NCBI GenBank assembly: GCA_050010635.1
Contig: JBEKKR010000006.1
Coordinates: 35,321-99,320 of the forward strand
DNA: 64,000 nucleotides
Direction of reading: 5' to 3'
Source of the DNA: Candidatus Limnocylindrales bacterium
Lineage (GTDB): Bacteria > Chloroflexota > Limnocylindria > Limnocylindrales > CSP1-4
The notes beneath the pieces are model-generated. The model did no database searches. It was given only the letters and a program-made list of their open reading frames with translations, and had not been told where the DNA came from. How positions within the stretch are numbered: position 1 is the first letter of the stretch; each line of letters begins with the position of its first letter. The position numbers were made by a program, and so were the translations under genes. This document shows positions 28,759 through 37,480 of this stretch, piece after piece.

Positions 28759-30556
28759 ACGTTTGAGCAGCCTCAAGCCGGACCTCGCTCGTCTGGCCAG
28801 TCCCAGCCTCCTGGGAGCGCTGGCGGCTCCCGCGGCCGCGGCCGGGCTGACTCTCCTCTTCGTCATCCCCACGCTGGCCCCGACCGTCGGCTTCTGGGAC
28901 ACGGCCGAATTCCAGACAGTCGGTCCCGTTCTCGGCACTGCTCACCCCACGGGCTACCCGAGCTACGTGATCCTGGGCTGGCTCGCCTCGATCGTGCTCC
29001 AGCCGTTCGGGGAACCGGCCTACCGGATGAACCTGCTCCAGGCGATCCTGGCGGCCGTGGCCGTGGCCGGGGCCACGGGCATCGTCCAGGTGCTAACGGG
29101 CCGGCGGATGATCGCCCTGGCCACGGGTCTGCTGCTGGCCTGCAGCCAGCTCTTCTGGCGGCTCTCAACGCACGCCGACCCGCACATGTTCCACATCGCG
29201 CTCACGGCTCTGCTGTTCGTGGTGCTGCTGACGTGGGACAACCGGCGCCACAGCGCGGACCCGGAGACGGTTGCCCACGCCGACCGCTGGCTCGTGGCGG
29301 CGGCCGGCATCTACGGCGTCGCCGTCGCCAATCACTCCCTGGCCCTACTGCTGCCGCCCGCCATCGGGTTGTTCGTCCTGGCCGTGGACTGGCGGGTCGT
29401 CTTCCGACGGCGCACGATCGCGGCCTGCGTCGCCGTGCTTGCCGGCACGATCGTTGTCCTCTTCCTCGAGCTGCCGATCCGGGCGGCAATGCACGCCCCC
29501 CTCGTCTACGGCCACCCGGATACGGTGGCCGGCTTCCAGTACGTGGTCCTGGCCGAGCAGTTCCGGGGCAGCCTCGTCGATCCGTTCGGCGACCTTCCGG
29601 CGAAAGCCGGCCGCGTCCTGGACCTCATGACCGGCTGGCTCGGGCCGATGGCGGCTCTGGCGGCGCTCGGGCTGGTCACGAGCCTGGTCCGGCGCCCGCG
29701 CTACGTCCTCCTCAGCGGACTCTCGGCCGTCGTCACGTGCGTCTTCGCGGCTTCGTACGCCAACGCGGATATCGAGCGCTACTACCTGCTGCCACTGATG
29801 ATCGCGTTCACGTGGATCGGCCTCGGTTTCGCCGACATCGTGACCCTCTTTGCCTGGGCCGTCGCGGCGTGGCAGCAACCCGCCCGGAGCTCCGCTGATG
29901 CTGCCTCCGAGCCGGCCGGCGAGTCGGCGAGTCTGGCCGGCGTGGAGCCCGCGCCGGGGCCCGAGGAGGGGTCCGCCGACGGCTGGGCCGCCCCTCAACC
30001 GCCCCGGACGGGCAGCCATGACGACGGCTGGGCCAGCTGGGTCGTCCTGATCGGCGAGATGGTCGTGGCGGCGGCGGTCGTCTTCTCAACCGTCGGCGTC
30101 GTTGCGGCACGCCAGGGGATCAACGCCGGCGACAACCCGGGGGGCGTAAGCGAGGCGGGCAACACTCAATACTCGACCTGGATGAACGCCGTGCTGGCGC
30201 CTCCGGGCCAGGGCGGCCTGGCGAAAGACGCGGTCATCGAATCCACCTGGTCGGCTTCGACCATCCTGTGGTACGGCCAGAGGGTTCTGGGACTCAGGCC
30301 GGACGTCCTGATCGTCGATGACAGCACGCGCAAGGACGACCACATCGGCCCCTCGGGCGAAGTCTGGGACGTCTTCGACATGTACCTGGGCACCCGGCCG
30401 GTGTACACCGATCGAATCCAGGGCGGCTGCGACGGCATCGACGCGTTGGGCACGGCCTACGATCTGCGGCGGACCGCTCTGACGAACATCTACCAGGTCG
30501 TGAGCCGGCTCGAGCCGCGCGTCGACCTGCCCCCATGCGATCCGGTCAAGCCGTAA
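28748..30556 (+). CDS. DUF2723 (TMEM260-like) polytopic membrane protein, putative glycosyltransferase
   Basis: VGFWDTAEFQTVGPVLGTAHPTGYPSY matches the DUF2723 N-terminal signature as I recall it. Multiple TM helices are followed by a C-terminal soluble domain. The TTG start overlaps the upstream gene by 11 nt, so the start is uncertain. Confidence 0.65.
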   Translation: MAGERLSSLKPDLARLASPSLLGALAAPAAAAGLTLLFVIPTLAPTVGFWDTAEFQTVGPVLGTAHPTGYPSYVILGWLASIVLQPFGEPAYRMNLLQAILAAVAVAGATGIVQVLTGRRMIALATGLLLACSQLFWRLSTHADPHMFHIALTALLFVVLLTWDNRRHSADPETVAHADRWLVAAAGIYGVAVANHSLALLLPPAIGLFVLAVDWRVVFRRRTIAACVAVLAGTIVVLFLELPIRAAMHAPLVYGHPDTVAGFQYVVLAEQFRGSLVDPFGDLPAKAGRVLDLMTGWLGPMAALAALGLVTSLVRRPRYVLLSGLSAVVTCVFAASYANADIERYYLLPLMIAFTWIGLGFADIVTLFAWAVAAWQQPARSSADAASEPAGESASLAGVEPAPGPEEGSADGWAAPQPPRTGSHDDGWASWVVLIGEMVVAAAVVFSTVGVVAARQGINAGDNPGGVSEAGNTQYSTWMNAVLAPPGQGGLAKDAVIESTWSASTILWYGQRVLGLRPDVLIVDDSTRKDDHIGPSGEVWDVFDMYLGTRPVYTDRIQGGCDGIDALGTAYDLRRTALTNIYQVVSRLEPRVDLPPCDPVKP

Positions 30557-30682
30557 GGCGTGGCCCAGTGAGATCGGCCGCACCTCGACGACGATCTGAG
30601 ATAGGCTCAGGATGCTTTCAGCAGTCTCATCGGTAATGGCCAGGTCTCAACGATCTCAGCTAGCAGGCCGAAAGGAAAGCCA

Positions 30683-31486
30683 GTGAGCGCAGCCGCGGGT
30701 CCGGCAACGGCAAACGAGGGGTCGGGATCGCCGGTCCGGCGTGTCAAGGAGCTGTCGTTCTTCTTCCCGGCCCACAACGAGGAAGCCAATCTCGAGGGTC
30801 TGGTCGACGAGGCTCTCGGGGCCCTGCCGGCGCTGGCCGAGAAGTTCGAGATCATCGCCGTAGACGATGGCTCACGCGACCGCACGCCGGCCATCGCCGA
30901 CGAGCTCGCGGCCAGAGACCCCGGCGTGTTTCGTGTCGTCCACCACCCCACGAACCTGGGCTACGGGGCGGCGCTCCGGTCCGGGTTCCGGGCCGCTCGC
31001 TTCGAGCTGGTCGCCTTCATCGACGGCGACCGCCAGTTCAAGGTTGCGGACGTCGGGCGGCTGACCGAACGGCTGGCCGCCGCGGATGCCCCGGATGTCG
31101 TCGTCGGGTTTCGCCTCAAGCGCGCCGATCCGCCGATCCGGCGCTGGTATGCCCGCATCTACCGCCTCTCGAACAGGATCTTCTTCGGAGTCCGGGTCCG
31201 CGACATCGACTGCGCCTGCAAGCTCTTCAAGCGCGAGGCCCTAACCGCCATCCGCGTCTCCTCGGGCGGCGCCTTCTTCACTGCGGAGCTCCTGATCAAG
31301 CTCAGGTTCAACGGGCGCAAGATCGCCGAGGTCGGCGTCCCTCACTACGCCAGGACCGCCGGATCGCCGACCGGGGCCAAGCCGAAGGTAGTCTTCCGGG
31401 CCGTCCGCGACTTCTGGTCGCTGCGTTTCCGCCTCTGGTTCAAGCGCCGCGGCGCCATGCAGGTCGGCGAACCGATCCTGGGCTAG
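30683..31486 (+). CDS. GT2 glycosyltransferase, polyprenyl-phosphate mannose/glucose synthase-like (DPM1/Ppm1/GtrB type)
   Basis: ELSFFFPAHNEEANL, IIAVDDGSRDRT and VAFIDGDRQF (DxD) are present. A Shine-Dalgarno-like AGGAAAG precedes GTG 30683. Confidence 0.75.
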   Translation: MSAAAGPATANEGSGSPVRRVKELSFFFPAHNEEANLEGLVDEALGALPALAEKFEIIAVDDGSRDRTPAIADELAARDPGVFRVVHHPTNLGYGAALRSGFRAARFELVAFIDGDRQFKVADVGRLTERLAAADAPDVVVGFRLKRADPPIRRWYARIYRLSNRIFFGVRVRDIDCACKLFKREALTAIRVSSGGAFFTAELLIKLRFNGRKIAEVGVPHYARTAGSPTGAKPKVVFRAVRDFWSLRFRLWFKRRGAMQVGEPILG

Positions 31487-31714
31487 TCTCGCCCGTCGGA
31501 CGGTCGATCCCCTCGTTGCCGTCTGCGCTCCTCGCTCACGCACGTTCAGGTGCGCTCGCTCCAAAGCCAGGCTGGCCTGGCTCGTGCTCGGCGGCGCCTC
31601 GGCCTCGGCTCGTCACCCGGGCGAGGTCACTCCGCGGGGCCGGTCACGCGGCCGGATGCGCGAGCGTCAGCCGGCACGTTGGCGCCTGCGGTGCGTAATC
31701 CGGACGAGCGGCGG

Positions 31715-32269
31715 TCAGATCGCCGGCCCTGGTCCCGGCTGCTCCGAGCCCGGGCCCTCGCGGTGCTCTTCTTCCAGATCGACGTCGAGCGAGTTGACGA
31801 ACTCCCGGAATACCTCGAGCTTCTCGTCCACCTGCGTCTCCGGCTCCACGCCGGCCCGGTCGAGGACATCTCGCGAGGCGAAGATCCGGACGCCGGTGCG
31901 CACGGCGAGGGCGAGCGCGTCGGACGGGCGGGCATCTATGGCGAAGGTTCGGCCGCCTCGCTCCAGTTCGATGGTGGCGTGGAAGGTCTCCTCGGCCAGG
32001 CTGGAGACGATGATCCTCACGAGCTTCACGCCCAGCTCGACCAGCGTGGCGGCGAACAGGTCGTGGGTCATCGGTCGCTCGGGCGTCACGCCCTGCAGCC
32101 GAGTGGCGATCGCGTTGGCCTCCCACGGCCCGATCCAGATGGGAAGGTAGCGCTCGCGTTCGGTTTCCTTGAGGAGCACGACGTGCTGACTCGACAGCAT
32201 GTGCACCCGAACGCTCTCGACGACGACCTCGGCGAGCGAATCTGCCATTGGCGGATTATCCCACTCCAC
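31715..32269 (-). CDS. bifunctional nuclease family protein (DUF151/BFN domain)
   Basis: VVLLKETERERYLPIWIGPWEANAIA...RPMTHDL...IDARPSDALALAVR matches the family pattern. The start is GTG 32269 or ATG 32248. Confidence 0.75.
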   Translation of the reverse strand: MEWDNPPMADSLAEVVVESVRVHMLSSQHVVLLKETERERYLPIWIGPWEANAIATRLQGVTPERPMTHDLFAATLVELGVKLVRIIVSSLAEETFHATIELERGGRTFAIDARPSDALALAVRTGVRIFASRDVLDRAGVEPETQVDEKLEVFREFVNSLDVDLEEEHREGPGSEQPGPGPAI

Positions 32270-32290
32270 GACCCGAGGCGGGCCGGTGGC

Positions 32291-34591
32291 TCAGGGCTTC
32301 GCGGTCGCGGAAGTCTTCGGGCTCGACGGTATGGTGGCGGCAGATCCGGACGTGCTCGGGACGGGGCTCGGGGTCGTGGCCGCGACCGGGATGGACGGGC
32401 CCGCCGGAATGAGGGACGCCTTCATCAGGCTGCTGGCCTCGGTCCAGTACAGGATCGGATTGGCGCCGCCGGTGGCGGGGAGGACGAACATCCCGGTTAG
32501 CGCCGTGAACCAGGGCGTGTCCTCGGGAACCGTGTACTGCCCGACGATGCTCCCGTCCGACTTCAGGAAGGCGACGATGCGCCGACTCTTAACGTCGTAG
32601 GCGTAGAACGTGCCGTGATCCTGCGTGGGATCGTCAGCCGTAAGGCGCGTGTACTCGGGGGGCGGCCGAAGGGCCGTGTCGCCCACCGTGTCCGGGGGTG
32701 GATCGACCGTCCAGCCCTTGGCCTGGCCGAGTTCGTACTGCGTGACCTTGCCGCCCTGCACGACGAAGACCTTGCCGTCGACGTACAAGTCGTCGACATT
32801 GCTGACATCCTGGGCGACGATCAGGTAGTTGCTCCGAGAGGTGTTCTTCGGGTAGCCGCTGCCGTCGGGCGCGGCCGTGTACTTGATGATCTGCTTCTGG
32901 CTCGGCACGACGATATACAGGTTGTACAGGTTCTGGGCTTCGTTGATGACGAAGGTGCCCATCGCACGCACGCCGATGCCCCAGTTGACGTTGTCAGGTA
33001 TGTACACCGGGATCAGGGAACCGACCCCCGTCTTGTTGCCCTGGACGGGGTGCCATTTCCACAGCGAGTTGATGCCGTCCAGGACGACGATGTCCCCGCC
33101 GCCGACCGTCATGAGCCGCGGGTAGTCCACGGTCGCGCCGCCGCTCAACGGCTGCTGACCGGCGGAGACGACGGCGATCTTCGCGCCGGTGTCCAGGTTT
33201 ACCCGGTAGACCTTGTTGGCGGTGTTGTCGAGGACGTAGGCGGCTCCGTCCGGCCCGAGCACGAGTCCGGTCAGGTTGTCGGTGCCAAAGGTCAGGACGA
33301 CCTGCGGCTGGACGACCGAGACGTGGAAGTAGCGGTTCAGCCCAGTGAGCACCTTGGCCCGGGAGTCGGCGAGCAACTCCGCCGGATAGCCGTTCTCCTG
33401 GGCGATCTTGAGTTCGTCCCAGGCATCCTTGTAGTAGCCGTAGGCCGTCGTCGGATCGCTCAGCATGAGGTCTTTGCCGTTGCCGATCACGTTGTTGAGG
33501 TCGGTCTGTATCTGGGTGAACGCCTGCTGAGCCACCCGCTGCCGGTCCGGGTTGTCACCGCGGCCGGTGCCCGAAAGGAACCACATGCTGGCGCCGATGA
33601 TGGTGATGACGGCGAGCAGCCCCATGACGGCGACGGCCGCCCGCTGCTGCCGTTCGCGCCGGACCGTCATCGGTGTAACCCGGCCTCGGGACATCGGCCG
33701 CTGCGGCATGCGATCGAACAGCCCATAGACGCCGCGGCGCAGCCAGCTGTCCGCCACGACCTGGGCATGCCGGGCCGTGGTCTGCATCGCGGTCACTCCG
33801 CCGACCACGGTGTCCGCGAGCGGGATCGGCGAGCGCTCCGGGGCGCCCGCCATCGGGTCTGCCGGCCAGACCGGCTTGAGCGGGGCGGTCTTGTGAGTGG
33901 CGGCCACCTCGGTAGCCTCGATGAAGAGCATGCCGTCGCCGCCGGTGCTGCCGAGGCTGCCCGAGCCGAACTGGCGATGGATCTCCTCGACCGCGGCCTG
34001 GGGGTGCAGCTGCAGGACCGCGTCCTGGATCGGCCCCAGCCCGATGCGCCCGGTGATGTTCGGCGACATCAGGATGAGGCAGTCGCCGGCGGTTATCTCG
34101 CCGTGCCAGACCTCGGGGCCGTCGATCTCCTCGGCCGGGAGGCCCGTCTCGGGACTCGCGTCGGGAAGCGTGAGGAGCCTCGCCTGCCGGACCATGTAGG
34201 CCTCGGCCGGGCCGAGCGTGGCCACGTACAGCTCGTTGCCCCGGACCACGGCGAGAGCGAGGCCGATCGGGCCGGCCTCACCCTGGGCAACCGGCGGCCG
34301 CTCGGGAGAATGCAGCAGGATGTTGTTGGCCGCGCGCACGGCTTTCCGCAGGCATACCGAGATGCCGGCCGACAGGTCGTAGTAGTAGTCGTCCTTGATG
34401 CGGTCGGCGACGATCTTCGTCGCCTCTCGGAGTTTGCGTCCCCCGGCCCCGGTGACGAGCAGGTAGAGGTTGCCCTTCGTCCGAGACGTGGAGCCGATAT
34501 TCGGCTCGACGACGACAACGGTGTCGGCGGAGTCGGGTAGTCGTTCTGACTCGGCCAGTAGGCCGAGGTTCATGTAGAGGCGGACTGCCAT
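32291..34591 (-). CDS. membrane protein: N-terminal degenerate PP2C-like domain, one TM helix, C-terminal beta-propeller-like extracytoplasmic domain
   Basis: The N-terminal ~230 aa are collinear with PPM phosphatases, but the metal-binding Asp positions are replaced (LLVTGAGG instead of DGxGG, LILMSPNI instead of SDG). The TM helix is AVAVMGLLAVITIIGASMWFL. The C-terminal ~430 aa are rich in repeated beta-strand motifs (VYRVNLDTG, LYNLYIVV, FYAYDVKS). Confidence 0.5.
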   Translation of the reverse strand: MAVRLYMNLGLLAESERLPDSADTVVVVEPNIGSTSRTKGNLYLLVTGAGGRKLREATKIVADRIKDDYYYDLSAGISVCLRKAVRAANNILLHSPERPPVAQGEAGPIGLALAVVRGNELYVATLGPAEAYMVRQARLLTLPDASPETGLPAEEIDGPEVWHGEITAGDCLILMSPNITGRIGLGPIQDAVLQLHPQAAVEEIHRQFGSGSLGSTGGDGMLFIEATEVAATHKTAPLKPVWPADPMAGAPERSPIPLADTVVGGVTAMQTTARHAQVVADSWLRRGVYGLFDRMPQRPMSRGRVTPMTVRRERQQRAAVAVMGLLAVITIIGASMWFLSGTGRGDNPDRQRVAQQAFTQIQTDLNNVIGNGKDLMLSDPTTAYGYYKDAWDELKIAQENGYPAELLADSRAKVLTGLNRYFHVSVVQPQVVLTFGTDNLTGLVLGPDGAAYVLDNTANKVYRVNLDTGAKIAVVSAGQQPLSGGATVDYPRLMTVGGGDIVVLDGINSLWKWHPVQGNKTGVGSLIPVYIPDNVNWGIGVRAMGTFVINEAQNLYNLYIVVPSQKQIIKYTAAPDGSGYPKNTSRSNYLIVAQDVSNVDDLYVDGKVFVVQGGKVTQYELGQAKGWTVDPPPDTVGDTALRPPPEYTRLTADDPTQDHGTFYAYDVKSRRIVAFLKSDGSIVGQYTVPEDTPWFTALTGMFVLPATGGANPILYWTEASSLMKASLIPAGPSIPVAATTPSPVPSTSGSAATIPSSPKTSATAKP

Positions 34592-34675
34592 TGGCGGCTG
34601 CTAGCGGCGGGACTGTGGGCGCTCGTGGGATCCGACCGCATCCCTGGCGGCCGAACCGGCGTTCGCAGGTGGGGA

Positions 34676-35053
34676 TTATACGTGCCGCGTGGTTACCCGG
34701 AGCTGACGGACGGGGGTCCGGGCCCTGGCGCGCAGGGCGGCGAGGAGCTCCAGCGAGCGGAGACGCAACTCCTGGGCCACGATTGGTTCGTCGGCCTCGA
34801 TGGTCGCGACGCCCTGGCTCAGGTCGACCAGACGGCACGCCCCGGCGGCCGCGGGTATGCGCTCCGCCACCGTCGACAGCCACACCGAGGCCAACCTGGC
34901 CTGCTCGAGCTGGTCCTCCAGGCCGAATTCCCTGGCGGTGCCGGGCAGCAGATCGGCAAGGCGTTCCATGCCCCGGGGCTTCTCGTCGGGATCGCGGTCG
35001 CCGGGGTCGCCGCCCGAGCCGGGGTCGCCGGGTCGCCGTGTCGGGCCGCTCAC
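34676..35053 (-). CDS. dciA: DUF721 / DciA-like protein
   Basis: 125 aa, located immediately after recF with a GTGA overlap. The central LASVWLSTVAERI...IEADEPIVAQELRL pattern is typical of DUF721 proteins found after recF. Confidence 0.65.
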   Translation of the reverse strand: MSGPTRRPGDPGSGGDPGDRDPDEKPRGMERLADLLPGTAREFGLEDQLEQARLASVWLSTVAERIPAAAGACRLVDLSQGVATIEADEPIVAQELRLRSLELLAALRARARTPVRQLRVTTRHV

Positions 35054-36246
35054 GCCGGGCCCTCCACGACCCGCGCGCCGGCGTCATCGTCGGGTACGAC
35101 CCGCCACGGCCGTGCCTGCCGGCGCAGGTCGGGGTCGATGTCGTTCGGGTCGGTGGTCGTGATGAACGCCTGGGGCAGCTCGGCGATCCGCCGCACCAGG
35201 TGACCTCGCCGGGCGGAGTCGAGCTCGCTGAACACGTCATCGAGCAGGAGCAACGGTGGCCGCCCGTCCAGCTCGGTCAGGAGATCGAGCTCGGCCAGCT
35301 TCAGGGCCAGGATGGCCGTGCGCTGCTGCCCCCGCGAAGAGAAGGTGGCCAGATCCCGCCCATCGAGGCTGAAGACCAGGTCGTCGCGATGCGGTCCGAC
35401 CAGGGTCGAGCCGTTCCAGGCCTCCTTCTCGGCCGTCTCGCGCAGTCGTTGCGCCAGAGCCTCCCGCGGCGATTCTCCGGGGAGCGGCGCGGCGTTCGAT
35501 GAGTAGCTCACGGCGAGCCGTCCTTCGGTCGGGGCGATCTCGCGGTGAGCCGCGGCGATCGGCTCCGCCAGCAGTTCCAGCAGACGCAGTCGCGCGGCGA
35601 CGATCGCGGCCCCGGCAGCCAGGAAGGGCTCGTCCCACAGCCGCAGCTCGTCTGGGCCGGCCTCACCCTCGCGGATCGCCCGCAGCAGGCTGTTGCGCTG
35701 CTGGAGAGCCCGGCCGTACGTGGACGTGCTCGATACGTAGCTCGGATCGTGCGGCGCAGTCAGGCCATCGAGAGCCGCCCGCCGAAGGGCCGGCGGGCCG
35801 ATGACGAGGAGCATCTCCTCGGGCGCGAACAGAACCGCCCGCAGGTGCTCCGCGAGCGCCGTGGGACGCCTCGGCACGCCGTTGACCTGGATCTTCTTGC
35901 GACCGCCCGCCTGGAGGGTCAGCTCGAGGGCAACGCCGGCGGCGGGCGGCGGAGCGGCGTCCACCTCGCCGGGAGCGCGGCTCACGAGGCCATCCAGCCG
36001 GACGAACGTCTCGCCCCACCGGATCAGCTCAGCGTCGGTCGTGGTCCGGTGGGAACGGCCCAGGGCAAGCAGGACGACGGCCTCGAGCAGGGTCGTCTTT
36101 CCGGCGGCGTTGGGCCCCCAGATCAGTTGCGGGCCGGGCCCGAACTCGGCATCCAGCGCGGCATAGCCCCGGAGATTCCGGATGGCCAGGGAGCTGAGGA
36201 GCGTCGCCGGTCTACGGTTCGAGGCGACGGAACGAGCGTCGGGGAT
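35050..36246 (-). CDS. recF: DNA replication and repair protein RecF (start codon non-canonical or unresolved)
   Basis: The Walker A motif GPNAAGKTTLLEAV and the conserved N-terminus LAIRNLRGY are encoded upstream of the track start (35985). That frame is open up to TAG 36256-36258 but has no ATG/GTG/TTG. The 5' end is placed provisionally at the ATC 36244-36246, which lies 6 nt after AGGAG. Confidence 0.8.
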   Translation of the reverse strand: MPDARSVASNRRPATLLSSLAIRNLRGYAALDAEFGPGPQLIWGPNAAGKTTLLEAVVLLALGRSHRTTTDAELIRWGETFVRLDGLVSRAPGEVDAAPPPAAGVALELTLQAGGRKKIQVNGVPRRPTALAEHLRAVLFAPEEMLLVIGPPALRRAALDGLTAPHDPSYVSSTSTYGRALQQRNSLLRAIREGEAGPDELRLWDEPFLAAGAAIVAARLRLLELLAEPIAAAHREIAPTEGRLAVSYSSNAAPLPGESPREALAQRLRETAEKEAWNGSTLVGPHRDDLVFSLDGRDLATFSSRGQQRTAILALKLAELDLLTELDGRPPLLLLDDVFSELDSARRGHLVRRIAELPQAFITTTDPNDIDPDLRRQARPWRVVPDDDAGARVVEGPA

Positions 36247-36273
36247 CTGCGGCTCCTACTAGGTCGTCCCGAC

Positions 36274-37392
36274 CTACGAGGTCGTCTTGACCGGCATGAC
36301 GACGTGGACGTACTGCGGGTCGCTGACCGGTCGGAAGACGCCGGGAGACAGGGGCCCGTTCAACTCGATGGCGAACTGATCCGCGTCCACGTTGGTCAGG
36401 ACGTCCAGCAGGTAGCGGGCGTTGAAGGCGATGGTGGTGCCGTCGCCGTCTACCTTCGCTTCGACGTCGCTCTTGTTGTCGCCGACGTCCGCGGCCGCGC
36501 TGACGGTGACCCCGATCTCGGCGTCCTTGCCGACATGGAGCTTGACGATGTTCGCCGACGAGCTGGCGATCAGGCTGGCCAGCCTGACGGCCGCCAGCAG
36601 CTGGTCGCGGTCCACCACAGCCCTGGTGGTAAAGCCCTTGGGCAGAACCTGCTGGTAGTTGGGGAACTGGCCGTCGATGAGGCGGCTGACCAGGTCGATG
36701 CCCTCGAGGTGGAAGAGGATCTGGTTGCGGGCCGGCGACAGCACGATGTCGACCGGTTCCTCCGTATCGGAGAGGATTCGGGTCAGCTCATGCAGCGATC
36801 GGGCCGGCACGACGACGCTTGTCTCTTCGACGGGATTCAGAACCGTCAGTTCCTTGACGGCGATGCGGTAGTTGTCGGCGGCGGCCAGGGTCAGCTTGTC
36901 GCCCTCGAACCTGGCCAGAACGCCGGTCAGGATTGGCCGGGCCTCGTCCGTGGCGGCGGCGAAGGTTACCTCGCCCAGCGCCTGCTTGAGCACGTTTTGG
37001 GGCACACGTGTGGTGGGCCGCTCACCGGCCGTCGGGATAGCCGGGAATTCCTCGGCATCGATCCCTTTGATGTGTGTCTCAAACCGGCCGGCCTGGATAT
37101 GGAGCGTCTCCTGGGCCTGGAGTTCGAGGTTAACGCGCTCATTGGCGGGAAGACTGGCGACGACGTCCGTGAGCAGGCGTGCCGGCACGGTCATCGAGCC
37201 CCCTGTATCGACCTTGCCGGGCACCCAGTACGTCATCCCGATCTCGAGGTTGGTGGCAGTCAGCTTGAGGCCGCCGTCCTCGGTACGAAGGAGGACGTTG
37301 TTCAGGACTGGAAGGGTGCTCCTGGTCGAGACGGCTCGACTCACGACCTGGAGGCCACGAGCCAGGTTCTCCTGCATGACCGAGAGTTTCAC
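36274..37392 (-). CDS. dnaN: DNA polymerase III beta sliding clamp
   Basis: 372 aa. MKLSVMQENLARGLQVVSRAVSTRSTLPVLNNVLL is a typical DnaN N-terminus. It lies between dnaA and recF. Confidence 0.95.
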   Translation of the reverse strand: MKLSVMQENLARGLQVVSRAVSTRSTLPVLNNVLLRTEDGGLKLTATNLEIGMTYWVPGKVDTGGSMTVPARLLTDVVASLPANERVNLELQAQETLHIQAGRFETHIKGIDAEEFPAIPTAGERPTTRVPQNVLKQALGEVTFAAATDEARPILTGVLARFEGDKLTLAAADNYRIAVKELTVLNPVEETSVVVPARSLHELTRILSDTEEPVDIVLSPARNQILFHLEGIDLVSRLIDGQFPNYQQVLPKGFTTRAVVDRDQLLAAVRLASLIASSSANIVKLHVGKDAEIGVTVSAAADVGDNKSDVEAKVDGDGTTIAFNARYLLDVLTNVDADQFAIELNGPLSPGVFRPVSDPQYVHVVMPVKTTS

Positions 37393-37480
37393 GTTGGGTT
37401 CACTCCCCTGAGGTCGGGCTTAAGCGGGCGAACAGATCGGAATACGACGTGACGGACATCGATCCTACTCCTGGTGGATT

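Noticed and set aside
35545-37452. 635-aa plus-strand ORF antisense to recF and dnaN
   Set aside because: Shadow ORF. The opposite strand encodes canonical RecF and DnaN, and the translation has no motifs.
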